Shown here in pieces: positions 46,133 through 60,200 of a stretch of 64,000 nt of DNA. The position numbers were made by a program, and so were the translations under genes. Position 1 is the stretch's first letter. Every line of letters begins with the position of its first letter. Below the pieces are notes generated by a model. The model was not told where the DNA came from. It worked only from the letters and a program-made list of their open reading frames with translations, and did no database searches. The stretch covers positions 1,488,001-1,552,000 of the forward strand of contig CM068775.1 of assembly GCA_035084275.1 (NCBI GenBank), read 5' to 3'. The DNA is from Hydrolagus colliei. Taxonomy: Eukaryota.

Positions 46133-49100
46133 TTGGCGACAAACGCGGTGCAACTTCACTTACATTGGTGACTATCTTCACAAAGCGGGAAACTTTCCTA
46201 CTTTACTGTAAGCTCTGTAGGTAATGTATTAAATTAATGTCTCAATTACATATACAATAGATATTTGAGATATGTGATTGGTCAGTCACTTCTATTGGGA
46301 TCCGGTACAAGTGGAGGTTTGCTGTTGTTGTTGTGACCGGCTTCACAATGATGGGAGCTGGTTGTGACCGGCTTCGCAGAAGAGACAACAAACTGGTTAA
46401 ATTTGACAAACCGTTTCCCAGGCCTTATTTGTGTGTTTCCCATGGAGAAGTGGTCTGCAGGTGGAGAGACAGCTGAGCAACAAATGGTTTTGCAGAGGAA
46501 CCCTCTTGCAAAAGAAACTGGGTGAAAATATCACGTGATGAACATAAAAGGGGGGAATCGAATTGAGGATCGAAGAAGAAAGAAAAGAAGTTTGTGGAAC
46601 TCGGAGTCACGATATAGCAGTGTCTGAAGAAGGAACAGTCAAGACTAAGTCAGACCATCGATGGTGTGACAGCATGCCTGCCCGACATTGAGTCCTGGAC
46701 GAGGGACAACTTCCTCCAATTGAATGTGAGCAAGACCAAGGACCTCCTGATTGGCTCAAGGCAGCGCCTCCGTACATCGGGCGCTGCCAGCTTCAACATC
46801 CAAGGCTGTACTCTCCACCTCACAAAGCCAGTCAGGAACCTCGGCATCACGTTCATCCATAAACTATCCTTCCTCCCCGACATCCGTGCCTTGATCGGCA
46901 CTGCTTATTTCCACCTGCGCAACATTGCTAGGCTCTGCAACTACCTCACCCCCCACGCTGCCAAAACACTCGTGCCCGCGTACATCACCTCATGGCTGGA
47001 CTACGGAAACTCTCTCCTCGTTGGCCTCCCCAGCTCCTCCATTCACAGACTGCAGTTCATCCAAAACTCAGCAGCCCGTGTAACTGTCCCGCACCGGCTT
47101 CCATGACCCCATCCTCGCCCGTCTCCACTGTCTCCCCATCCCCCAGAGGATCGAGTTCAAGATCCTTATCCTCGTTTTCAAGGCCTTACACGGCCTTGGC
47201 CCACACTATCTATCCGATTTACTCTCCCCCTATAAGCCCACCCAGACCCTCCGTTCAGCAGGACTTGGTTTGCTCCAAGCTCCCCGCCCGAACCGCCCCA
47301 CCATCGGAGGCCGGGCCTTCAGTTTCTCCGCTCTCACTCCATGGAATTCCATCCCCCAATCCCTCCACCTTGTTTCCTCCCTTTCCTCTTTCAAGGCCGG
47401 TTTGAAGAATTTCCTTTTCGACCGCGCCTTCTGTTACCCCCTGAATTATTCGACCTCCCACACATTTTCTACCACCTCCCGAACACTCCCCTCCCCTCCC
47501 AGCTCGGGTCACACACCTCCTGTGCAGCGCCTTGGGACGTCCTCCTGACGTGAAAGGCATACTATAAGTCTAATTTATTGTTGTTGTTGTTGTTGTTAAG
47601 TCTTAGAAAACTGTCAACACCTTTACTGATGCTCCCAAACTATGTAACAGTGTTGCTGTACTGGATTATTGTTTTGCTGATTGAAAGGGCTGCTGTGCCT
47701 GAATACCTTTTGGTGGACATGAAATTAAACATAAATTGGACATTATTCCTCCATCTCTTTGGCAACATTGGTTTGTTCAACTTAAATCCTTGTGAGCTGT
47801 AGGTCAATATGGAAGCATTTTTGTGATGTATACTTTTAATTAGTTATGAATATTACTAATCTGAATTCACATTCATGTTTTTCTGCACAACACTTGCGTC
47901 ACTCTGTATTTCACCAGGACATCACAGGACTAAATAACCCTTACATTATGAGGAGATATCAATGATGTGCTGTTTCATTCCAAATGTAGTAACAGTGACA
48001 GATTCCCTTCACCTCGCTCTCTCCCTCGCCTCCATCAATGCTGGTCTCAAGAGTCTCCTCTTTGAATGTGCCTTCTTTTGCTCGCCCAACTCTCTCCCTC
48101 CTTTCTTATCTCTCTCCTGCCCCTCCGAACTCTCTCCACTCCTTCCCCCTACATTGCACCTCTTCCCGGCTCAGGTCCTGACCTGACTGTTCAGCCCCTT
48201 GGGACGTCCTCCCGATATGAAATGTTCTCTATAATGTCACTTTGTTGTTGTGGTGGCCGCCCAGTAAAAGTGTGTCTGTGACACCGGGCATCACAGAGCA
48301 CATACTGTGGGCACACACTGCAGTTACATCTGGTGGCCACACCCGCTGACTGTGGCGCTGTGGCGTCCTGCACAGACAAATCTCAACAGTGACAACAACA
48401 ACAAAATGACATGTTTAAAGCACAGAGTCCTCCCACAGGAGCCTTCCCAATGGTCATTGTGTATCAAGACTGAGATTGATAGATTTGTAAAGGAGAGAGG
48501 AATTCAGACACAATGGGCTGAATGGCCTCCTCCAGTGATGTATAATTCTATAATAGAACACATTTTATCTATTAATTTTACTTTTTATTCCACCATTACT
48601 GATTTACCAATCACAGCCACTTGAGATGACCTGACAGCTGCTGTTGTTGTTGTTGTTGCTGTTGGAGTGAAGGGCAATAATGTATGAAAGGTCAGGCTGT
48701 GGGCTCTGTGGTGTGAGGGCAGGAAGCTGATCACTGATTGACTGCAGACAATCACAGCTGCTTCCTGACAATTGTGCTGTGAGTTTCTGCCCCACCTGAT
48801 GGCAGCTTGACTCATCCTGTGTATTTCCAGCAAGAAGTCTTTAGATACAAACAGCAGCATCTTGTGTAGGGTTTTGCAAATGAGCTGATCTGCAACTTAA
48901 ACATCTGTTCTATAACATCTGCAAATTATCATTTCCTGTAAACTCAAAGTCAGAAAAATAAGCCTAAACATCAACGAAATAAGTGACACAGGACTATCCA
49001 TATTTCTGTTAATTGATCAGGAAATCCAGCCTCTCTTATTGATTGTTTTATGTAATAATACGACAGAAAAGTTTTTTTTTAGCAAAGCCGGAATATTTTG

Positions 49101-51097
49101 TGATGTGACCATGGAGCTGTTCTGTGTCTTGTTGTCTATGAGCCATGAGTAACAAAAATACTTGGATTTGATATAGTGCTTTTCACATCTTCTAAACTGT
49201 GTCTCAAAGCGTTTGACAGAATATACTGTAAAGTGGATTGACTCTATAGTTGTTGGCGAAACACGGCAGCTAATTGCACAAGGCAATGTCCTGGATTGAA
49301 ACGACCAAATTGTTATAGGTTTCTTTGGGATGCATTATTATTCAACATGTGGAGTAAGGAAACTTGCCCAAGGCATCGCCCTGCCTGGAATCGAAACACA
49401 AGTCTCACGCTTGAAAGTCGAGGGCTCCAACCATTGAGCTACAGGAATCCACTGTAATGATTAGTTTCCTGTCATGTGGGATTGATATTGTGCTCACAGG
49501 TTTGCTGTAAGATAGGAGGCCTTGTAGATCTTATACAGTTTCCAGATCCAGTGTCCAAAGGAGAATTCAAGATTCAGCAGTGGATCCACATGTCTCAAAG
49601 TTGAGTCCTGTAGCTCAGGGGTTAGAGCACTCACCTCGCAAGCCAGAGACTAGGGTTTGATACCTGGCAGGACAAAGCCTTGAGCAAGTTTCCTTACACC
49701 ACACTTCTGATAATAAGCGATCAAGATAATAAAATAATAATAAATGACTGAAACCACTTCTGATACAAGCTTCATGTTATTTCTTCCCAGTTTCCTTCTA
49801 CCGCTTGTCCTGAAGGAGTGTGACTGGTCTGACATTACACTGGGCTCCCACTGCACCAGCAGCCCTCCCCACCTGGCTTCTCACCCCAAGAGAACATTTC
49901 ATGTCTGGCTTGAAATCATGAGCCGCCACATCAAACCGTTCACCACCATTGCACTATTTCATACCCAATCAAGCTGTGATTACAGTAAATGCAGGGACTG
50001 AGAACAGAGAGGATTATTATTATAAGTGGACTGAAGGCTGAATTCATTCCCATTATCTTCCAATCCAGAGATAATTATTGTGCCCATGTTTGACATCGAC
50101 ACAGACAATAAGATAGACTTCCTTAAATATAAGAGAACAGAGAGGAAAGTAGGAGTAAGGACACATCGACAAGTGATAAAATAGAAAGAAAGTGATTAAT
50201 ATTGCCAGGAACATAATTTTTTTAATATCAATATATCCACATCAAAATGCATGTTGAAGTAACAAGAGGATTCACGCCTTCATGCCCATATGTGATGTGA
50301 AATCAGGATTGTAAGAGCAGGAAACAGGGAGTAATCATCTGCAGATGATCAGAACATCACTAAACTATAGAAAATAATAAATATTTTAATTAAGGCACAA
50401 TGTTAATTATTGCACATCAAATAAACAGTTACTACATTTTATAATGCATTTTGTGAAGTTCCTTTAGACATTTCAATAACATGAAAAGGCATTATGTCAA
50501 ATGCAAGGTTTATGATCAAAAAGATTATTATGTAAACATAAGAAAATAATAATTGTAGCACAAAAGACAAAGGTCCATCTGGATTGCCTTCCACCATCCT
50601 GGCCGTCACACATACTTGTCATGTCCTCAACAATGTACTGTATCACAAAATATTATTTACGAAAGTAACCCGGGCCTTCTATTTTTTTCTGCTGCCACTG
50701 TTTCCCTAACTTTAACAGTCACTCACTGAAATAGGGTTCACGTAGGTTTGTGTTGAACTTACCAATTACTCCACTCACACACACACACACATTAAAGGAA
50801 ACAATTCATGAGGCTTCATTGTCAGTGCTGGGGCTAATACTATCGACACTTACATTAATATGAAGTTGCTGTCAATGCCGAATGTAAAGGGCACAATTAT
50901 TGATCTGTGCAGGTCAGAGGGAATGTGAGGCGTGACTCCCCTCAGTCCTGTAGCTGTTGGTCCATTCTCCAAACACCTGGCCCCACTGCCCCTTGTTAAA
51001 TAGCGGTCACTGGGGACTGAGGCCATCTGTCCAACTGGCAGATCTTTGTCCCTCGGTTATTGGGCTCAAGGGTCAGTTCTGACAATTGCCCAGAAAC

Positions 51098-51433
51098 ATG
51101 AGGTCCCTGATATCTCTCAGTCTGTTGCTGGCTTTCTTCTCCCGTGAGTTCTATTATTGGGACAAGTCTGACTGTGTGTGTGTGTGTGTGATTCTCTCTG
51201 CAATGTCACAGAGCCGGGATATCTCACAATAATTAAACTTTGGTCATTTGTTCTTTACAGGTGTCCAGGCCAATGTGGTGCTGACACAGCCATCGTCTCT
51301 AACCGGGAAGCCTGGCCAGGCCCTGAGACTCACCTGTAGAACCAGCGGGTTTGATCTCAGCAAATATGGCATGAACTGGGTCTGGCAGGTTCCTGGGAAG
51401 GGGCTGGAATGGCTGCTCTACATTTCGTACACA
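51098..51433 (+). pseudogene. IGHV: IgH V3: intact leader (51098-51143), V exon from 51261 truncated in CDR2
   Basis: Same breakpoint and same antisense SINE as V2; TAA at 51464-66; no RSS. Confidence 0.92.
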
Positions 51434-51720
51434 GAGGTGTGGCGAGTGAGGAAACTTGGCCCATAACACTGCCTGGAATAGAACCCAGGTCTCTCGTTAA
51501 CAAGGTGAGCTACAGGAATCCACAATCATGATTTCTGGCATCATCAATACTTTTCTAACCTCACTTGTTGTGGAACTCTATTCTCTCAGTGCCCTGAAAG
51601 CTGAGGTGGTCAGTTGTTTGAGTTGAGGAGGTCCTGAATGTAATTTTTGTTGCTGATCATGAGTCAAACGGTGTATTCATACAATAATCCTGGTGGAAAC
51701 GTGAGACATTATTTGTAATC

Positions 51721-51893
51721 NNNNNNNNNNNNNNNNNNNNNNNNNNNNNNNNNNNNNNNNNNNNNNNNNNNNNNNNNNNNNNNNNNNNNNNNNNNNNNNN
51801 NNNNNNNNNNNNNNNNNNNNNNNNNNNNNNNNNNNNNNNNNNNNNNNNNNNNNNNNNNNNNNNNNNNNNNNNNNNNNNNNNNNNNNNNNNNNN
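51721..51893. other. Assembly gap
   Basis: Run of N at the position of the microsatellite and tRNA-like element of the paralogous unit. Confidence 1.
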
Positions 51894-53850
51894 GGTGGAG
51901 ACACTGAGATAGATTTCCAGAGGCTGGTGCCTTGTCAATAGAGAATACCATTGGTGACATTGAAGGGATGGGGCAGACACATTTCAACAGTGGGCGAAAC
52001 ATTTGTGTAAGTAAATGTGATATATAAATATTATTTATCACATTACCTGTTGTCGTAACGAAAGAAACAGATTTGTTCCCTACAATAGTGTTGGAATGTC
52101 CTCCCGACGTGAACGGCTCTATACATATGTAATACATATGTGGAGCACTGTAGTTCAGTGGTTAGAGCACTCGCCTTACAAGTGTGAGATCTGTGTTAGA
52201 ATCCAGGCAGATCAGGGAGAAACCTTGGGCAAGTTTCCTTACTCCATGTGCCCAATAATAATCCGTCCAAAAAAAACCACAATAATAAAAATGGGTCATT
52301 TCAATCCATGGGTGGTTGTGGGACGCTGCTGAGTGCAATTGGCTGCTGCGATTCACCCAAAAATATACAGTCAATTCACCTTACAGTACATTCTGTGAAG
52401 CAATTTGGCACGTTGATAAGATGTGAAAACGCAATATCAAATGCAAGGATGATTAATATTATTAATTGTTGTTGTTGTTGTTTCCATCACCAATACTTTT
52501 CCTGAAATATTCAAAAAAAATTACAAACACACCGGAGGCTGCTTTCAATTCTCAGCTCTGTGGTTTCAGTTGGTTAAACTCCAGCAGTTCCCCAAAGCTC
52601 ACACTCTGGTTCCTCAGCTTTGGGTCTTGCTGACCTGGTCCAAATACTGTCTGGAATCAGGTAAACAGGATGTGTCCTCCTGGTAAAGCTTGTTCATTCC
52701 ATTCCAAACATAGCAATTCCCATGTGTGGGTAGTATGGACCTCACAAACTGGCTTTAAGCTTGATAATGGGTTTGTGACACCCAGCTGACAAGATGTTAT
52801 TATAGGTCATAATTATTGATATATTTCATTAAGAAACTTTGATACATAAATACCGGATATATTTTATTTGAAGTTGGGTATGTGATGAATTATGAAGGCT
52901 TAGATATTGGTATTTCATTGTTTACTTATAGAAAATCAACATTCGATGTAAATTTCTGTGGCTCGATGTGGAGTCCTGTAGCTCAGTGGTTGGTGTACTT
53001 GTCTTAGCAGTGAGATATGTGGTTGTGCTTCCCAGAGGGTGAGGGTGAAAACTTGGGCACATTTCCTCACTCCACACGCCTGGTAATAATCCCTCACAAA
53101 AAACAATAAGTTAATTGGTCATTTCAATCCACTATCGTTTGTGGGATACAGCTGCGAGCAATTGGCTGCCACGTTTCGCCCACCAATGTACAGTCAATAA
53201 TTACGTTTTATACTGTGAGGTGCTTTGAAATGTCTAGAAGATATGAAAAGGCGCTATATCACATGCAAGGATTGTTATATTCAAAGATTATGAAGAGGCC
53301 ACAGCTGCCGATTCACTGACAATCGCTGACAGTAGAATTGCAAAAGTAGTTAGTTGCGTAAAGTGGTTGCGTTATCATGATTAGACAGAGGATCCTCTGA
53401 CTCTGTGGATTCCTATTGTGTATTACATTACTATGAGGCCAAGATAGTGCAGTATTGGGAAAGAGTTTAGGAAATATGATTTTTTTTTCAGATATTCAAT
53501 TAAAAAATAATTTGCGCCCAAAATTTCACATTGTGCAGTCGTGTAGCTCAGTGTTTAGAGCAGTCACCAAGTAAGCCAGTGACCTGGATTTGATTCCCAG
53601 CAGGATGAAACATTTTGCAAGTTTCCTTGTGCCACACACCACTGTTTACCTAGCAGAGTGCAATTCTCATGTGAAAACACAATTGTTTATTCACTGGTCT
53701 GGAATTAATTGCATTAATTACAATCATTATTCAAGTTGTACCATCACATTCACTATAAGTACAAATTTCTCTCAGTGTGAGCTCAGTGAGTTGATTGAAG
53801 CCTCCAATTCAGCAGGAAAACCAGTTTTACACCAGAGTGTAAATCAGGGC

Positions 53851-53920
53851 ATGGAATTTCCAACAGTGTACGCTATACCAGCTATTTACTACCCCATTCT
53901 GGTAGCATTTGCAATTCCGG
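53851..53920 (+). CDS. GPCR D exon 1 (MEFPTVYAIPAIYYPILVAFAIP)
   Basis: GGCATGG; 70 nt; donor G|GTAATT. Confidence 0.9.
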
Positions 53921-56277
53921 GTAATTCTATTTGTTTTCATGGAATGGCAATTGTGAAGAGACTAGTTCAATTGGCATTTTGTATAGTGGCTTATCATGTC
54001 TTCTAGAAATCTCAAAACAGTTCAAAATATATACAGCAAAGTGAAATGACTTTGTATTTGTGGGCGAAAGGCGAGAGCTAATTGTGTGTTTCCGTGTCCT
54101 ACAAACTATCATGGATTGAAATGATCCATTTTATTAACTGTTGATGATGGATTATTACCAATGGTGGAGTGAGGAAACTTGCTGAAGGTTAGTACTGACC
54201 TGCCTGGAATTGAACACATATGTGTCACTTGGTGAATGCTCTAATCACTCAGCTACAGGACACGGTTACAGAAATGGGGATAACCAGGGCTATGCATCTG
54301 AATGTACAACTTGATCTGAGACCTGGTGCAGACTCAAAGAGCAAATAGATCTCTGTTCTCTTGGAAATATATGTGACAAAATTATATTTATAGAGTGCCT
54401 TTCACATTGGGAGGATGTCCCAAGGTGCCGAACAGTCAGGTCGGGAACAAGTAAGGGAGTGGGGCTGGGTTGGGCTTTAGAGAGTTAGGAGGGGAGGGAG
54501 GGAGTTGGGAGGGCAGCAGATGGCATGTTAGAAGAGGACCAACCCTGAATACCGGCATTGAAGGAAGCAAGGTAGATGCAGATGCAGGGAAAGTTGGATG
54601 GACTTCCAGAGTGTGGGGGCAGAGATATTGAAAGCCCATGCACCGTTTGTAGGGCGGGTCGGGTAGGGGACATGGAGCAGACCGGAGCCCACTGAATAGG
54701 GTGGTCTGGTAGTTTCATAAGCGGACAGAATGTCGAAGAGATAGAAGGGGGCAAGGCCATGAATGGCCTTGGAAGTGAGGAGGAGAATCTTGAATTTTAT
54801 CCTCTGGGGATGTTGAGGCAATGGAGCCGGGCAAGGGTGGGAGTGATGTGGTCACAGAACTTTGTGCTGGAGAGGACATGAGCTGCAAATTCTGGATGTT
54901 CCGCAGATTGTGAAAGAAAGAGCCAGAACCAACAGTGAGGAGGGAGTTTCCATAGTCGTGCCTTAATGTGATGAATGTGTGGACAATGGGTTTGGTAACC
55001 TGACGGTTGAGGCAGTGCTGCCATCTGGCAATATTGCAGTGGTGTTGATGTGGGGGAGGCAGGACAATTAAAGGTAGAACAAGACACCCAGGCTTGGGTG
55101 ACTTCAAGAGATGGAGAGTGTAGCATTGGAAGCCGATGCTGCCAGTGCCTGAGTTGTGAGTTGCTGACATGATCCAATCAGGAGGAGAAAGGTACATTAC
55201 ATCATGGGAAGATTTCTTGATGTGATAGTGGCTGTTATGAAGAGGATGGGAACGATTTGGATGAAAGGGACAGGTTGACTGTGTCGGCAAGTGGTAGGGT
55301 AAGGAGGCGGAGCTGGGTGGTAAGGAGTCGAGTCGGGATGGGATTCAGGGAGCAGCTGGTGCACTTCGTGGAAGATATGTTTGTGATGACAGAGGATGGG
55401 GAGACAGGTTCTCCTCATCGTCATCTATTCTGAATGTGTTGAATTAGGGTCAATGAATAAACGAATCAATGAATGAATCAATCAAAACTTACATTTATAT
55501 CACGCCTTTCATGTCAAGAGGACGGCCCAAGGCACTGTACAGTTTGAAAGGGGCAAGAGCATGGGGGGAGAGATCGGGGCAAGATGAACACGAGTAGGAA
55601 AATTAACTGTATATTTGTGGGCAAAACGCAGCAGGCAAATTGCACAGAGCAGGGATAGGTAGATGTTGGGGTGTGGGAAGGTGGAGCGTGGGGTCAGAAG
55701 TTGGAAGTGTGATGGCAGCTAAGTGGATTCGCTTGATTTTGTACTCAAGGTCATCCAGCATCTCCTCACAGTGGGAGTTGGAGGAGAGAATCTGAGAGGT
55801 GGACGGGGAAGGGCGGAGGAGCTGATTTGTTGTGGAGAATAGGAATTTGTGTTTGTCCTGGATTATCCTGGAGTAGAAGTACAATTTGCTAGAGACCAGA
55901 GCAGGGAGGTAGTTTTTGGTGTGCCAGATATGCCAGTGGACCATTAGACCAGATTTGAGACGGGTACGTTCAGTGCCCGACAACTGATCTTTGAGCAAGT
56001 GGAGGTAGCTGGTGAACTAGGGTGAGGTTCAAGAGTAACACTTTGGAAAGTATCTGGAGAAATAATTTTGCTGATTTTTTAATGCAGGCTACCTTACAAC
56101 AAGGCCACAATTTGAACCTGTATGAAAGGTTTGCTAAAGGTTTGAGATATGGACAATGTTCTCAAGGAATTGAATCAACTCAAAGGATAAGCAACCAAAA
56201 ATGAAACACCACTAAGCTCCTCATCTCACACCTGTATTCACGTGAATAATTTTTCCTATTTTCTTACTTTCACACAG

Positions 56278-57209
56278 TTAATTTGCTGGCGATTGTGATC
56301 CTGTCAAGAGGAAACTGTGGTCTCTCAAAATGCATCACTTGCTATCTGGTGGCCATGGCAGCCACGGATCTCCTGGTTGTATTCGTGGATGTGTTGTTGA
56401 ACAAAATTAACAATCTGTATTTCCCATTAAGTTTCTTATTCTACACTCCAGTGTGTAGTGTTAGACTTGTGTTGCTGGTTGCAGCATTTCTCATGTCTTT
56501 GTGGTTCACTGCTGCTTTCAGTTTTGACCGATTTGTCGCCATTTGCTGCCAAAAGCTGAAACCAACATATTGCACGGAGAGAACGGCCACAGTGGTTATT
56601 GTAACTCTGTCTGTTATTTGCTGCTCAGTCAGCATTCCCTGTTACTTTTCACTTGTTCCGCAGTTGATAATTAACAATACCCCATGGTACTGTGTCTTCA
56701 AACCAAACTTTTATACTTTGCTCACCTGGAAATTATACGAAAGGTTTATGCGTGTTTTTAATCCACTGTTTGTGTTTGCTTTGATTTGCCTGTTCAACAT
56801 TATGATTATCAGACACATTCTGATGGCCAGTAAAGTCCGCAGGAGGCTGCGGGGTCAGAGAAATGCTGAGAAAACTATTGATCCCGAGTTGGAAAACCGA
56901 AGAAAATCCATAATTTTACTGTTCGCCATATCAGGCAGTTTTATAGTTTTGTGGACAACTTATGTTGTACATTCCGTCATATGGCAACTTTCCAATTATG
57001 ATTATAGTGAAACATTGGTCAATAGCACCCCATATATTGTCCAAGATACCGGATTCATGCTGCAAATGTTGAATTGCTGTGCAAACACCTGTATATATGC
57101 TTTAACTCAGAGTAAGTTCAGAGAGGAGTTTAAGAAAGGGTTCATTTATCCCTTTTATATCATTGCGAAAATAATGATAAAACAGCAGGAGAAAACGGTA
57201 GGAAAGTAA
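56278..57209 (+). CDS. GPR139-like GPCR D exon 2
   Basis: Acceptor ttcacacag|TT; intact frame; 11 amino-acid differences from A counted by eye. Confidence 0.93.
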
Positions 57210-60200
57210 TTGGCGACAAACGCGGTTCAACTTCACGTACATTGGTGACTATCTTCACAAACAGGGAAACTTTCCAACAATACTGTAAGCTCTGTAGTTA
57301 ATGTAATAAATTAATGTATCAATTACATTAACAATAGATATTTGAGATAAGTGATTGGTCGTTCGCTTCTGTTGGCAGCTGGTACAAGTGTAGTTTTGTT
57401 GTTGTTGTTGTGACCGGCTTCACAATGATGGGAGCTGGTTGTGACCGGCTTTGCAGAAGAGACAACAAACTGGTTAAAGTTGACAAACCGTTTCCCAGTC
57501 CCTATCTGTGTGTTTCCCATGGAGAGGTGGTCTGCAGGTGGAGAGACAGCTGAGCAACATTTAGTTTTGCAGAGGAACCCTCTTGCAGAAGAAACTGGGT
57601 GAAAAGATCACCTGATGAACATAAAAGGGGGGATCGAAGAAAGGAAGATAGTGGAAAGTGGAGTCGCCATTGCAGCTTCTGAAGAAGGAACAGTTAAGAC
57701 TAAGTCAGACCATCGATGTTGTAACAGCATGCCTGTCCGACATTGAGTCCTGGACGAGGGACAACTTCCTCCAATTGAACGTAAGCAAGACCGAGGCCCT
57801 ACTCATTGGCTGAAGCCAGCGCATCCACACATCGGGCGCTGCCAGCCTCAACATCCAAGGCTGTACTCTCCACCTCACAAAGCCAGTCAGGAACCTCGGC
57901 ATCACATTCAACCATAAACTCTCCTTCCTCCCCCACATCCGTGCCTTGACCGGCACCGCTTTTTTCCACCTGCGCAACATTTGCCAGGCTCCACAACTAC
58001 CTCACCCCCCACGCTGCCGAAACACTCGTGCCCGCGTACATCACCTCATGGCTGGACTATGGAAACTCTCTCATCATCGTCCTCCCCTGCTCCTCCATTC
58101 ACAGGCTGCAGGTCATCCAAAACTCTGCAGCCCGTGTACTATCAACAACAACAAGAACAAATTACATTTATAGAGCGCCTTTCACGTCGGGAGGACGTCC
58201 CAAGGCGCTGATCCCGCACCCGCCTCCGTGACAACATAACCCCCACCCTCGCCCGTCTCCACTGTCTCCCCATCCCCCAGAGGATCGACTTCAAGATCCT
58301 TGTCCTCGTTTTCAATGCCTTACACGGCCTTGCCCCGCCCATTTTATCAGATTTACTCTCCCCCTATAAGCCCACCCAGACCCTCCGTTCAGCAGGACCT
58401 GGTTTGCTCCAAGCCCCCCGCCCGAACCGCCCCACCATCGGAGGCCGGGCCTTCAGTTTCTCCGCTCTCACTCCATGGAATTCCATCCCCCAATCCCTCC
58501 ACCTTGTTACCTCCATTTCCTCTTTCAAGGCCGGTTTGAAGACTTTCCTTTTCGACCATGCCTCAGTTCCCCCCTAATTATTCGACCTCCCCCATGTTTT
58601 CCACTGCCTCCCGAACACTCCCCTCCCCTCCCAGCTCGGGTCACACATCTCCTGTGCAGCGCCTTGGGACGTCCTCCCGACGTGAAAGGCATTCTATAAG
58701 TCTAATTTGTTGATGTTGTTGTTGTTAAGCCTTAGAAAACTGTCAACACCTTTACTGATGCTCCCAAACTATGTAACAGTGCTGCTGTACTGGGATATTG
58801 TTTTGCTGATTGAAAGGGCTGCTGTGCCTGAATACCTTTTGGTGGACATTAAATTAAACATAAATTGCACATTATTCCTCCATCTCTTTGGCAACATTGG
58901 TTTGTTCAACTTAAATCATTGTGAGCTGTGGGTCATTACGGAAGCATTGTTGTGATGTATGCTTTTAATTAGTTATAAATATTACTAATCTGAATTCACG
59001 TTCATGTTTTTCTGTACAACACTTGTGTCATTCTGTATTTCACCAGGACATCATAGGACTAACTAACCCTTACATTATCAGGAGATGATGTATTGTTTCC
59101 TTCCAAATGTAGTAACAGTGACAACAATATTAAATTGATAAAGAGCCTTTCATGTCGCAAGGACGTCACAAGGCACTGAACAGTCAGCATTCGGGAACCA
59201 AGCACAAGGGAGGAGTGGGATAGAGGCAAGAGGAGGCAGAGAATTGGGAGCACAGCTGGAGTTACAGAGTGTGGGATGGGTTAGTCAGGGTGGCTGCAGT
59301 CGGACAGCCGGTGGCATCTGCCATGGTGAGCGCAATGGAGAATTTGAAGAGTGGGTCAGAGGAAGGCTGTGGAAAGGTCAAGCAATAATAGGAATCAGAG
59401 CAGTTGGAGGGAGGGGAGGTTTGATTGGGAATAGTGGAGTGTGGGGGACAGGGACAAGAGCATTTTGGGGAAGCAGTGCTATGACTAGGATTAGACAGTG
59501 TTGGAGGGTGGGGGAGAGGTGGGCGGTGGTTGTCAGTGAGACAGGGTTTACCCTCTGGGCTGGTGTGGATCATAACGGCTGTTTTCTCAGTGAGTCCAGG
59601 GCTGGGAAATTCTAATGACGTGTGCGGCATGACATCACACGACTGCCGGTTTCCGGTTAGCTGAGGCCTCGGTGAGTCAGTGATTGTGGTGGTGGTGCTT
59701 CAGACCAAAGGGTGAGTCCCTCGTCATCTTTGCGTCCTCAGGCCTCGCGTTGGTTCTTGTGGCCTTTGAGGTTGAAATCCACAATGATAAAGTGGCCAAA
59801 GCCTCGGGTCAGCCTGGCCACAGGTCCCCCTCACCTGTGAGACGCTCCATGCGCTGGTTCTGATCATGATTCAGGTCCTGCTCGACTGTGACTGTGGAAT
59901 TCTCTACCACAGGAGGCTGTGGATGCTCAATCCTTGAATATATTGAAGGTTGAGATTGATAGATTTGTAAAGGATTGAGGCATTTACGGATATCAGTATA
60001 GGATTGGTAAATGTAATTGGGTTAGAAGATCAGCCATGATCTTATCATGCAGCTAAACAGGCTCGAGGGGCTGAGTAACCTACACCTGGCCTTATTTCTT
60101 ATGTTATTATGTTCATGTTTGGTGTTTTTTTACTGAAGTTACACCCGCACCAAGATCCACGACCACATCACCTCGCCCGGCTCCATTGGCTCCCCATCCC

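Noticed and set aside
53590-53850. Long in-frame upstream ORF as an 87-aa GPCR N-terminus
   Set aside because: It starts inside a SINE head and is frameshifted in paralogue C, so it is not conserved.
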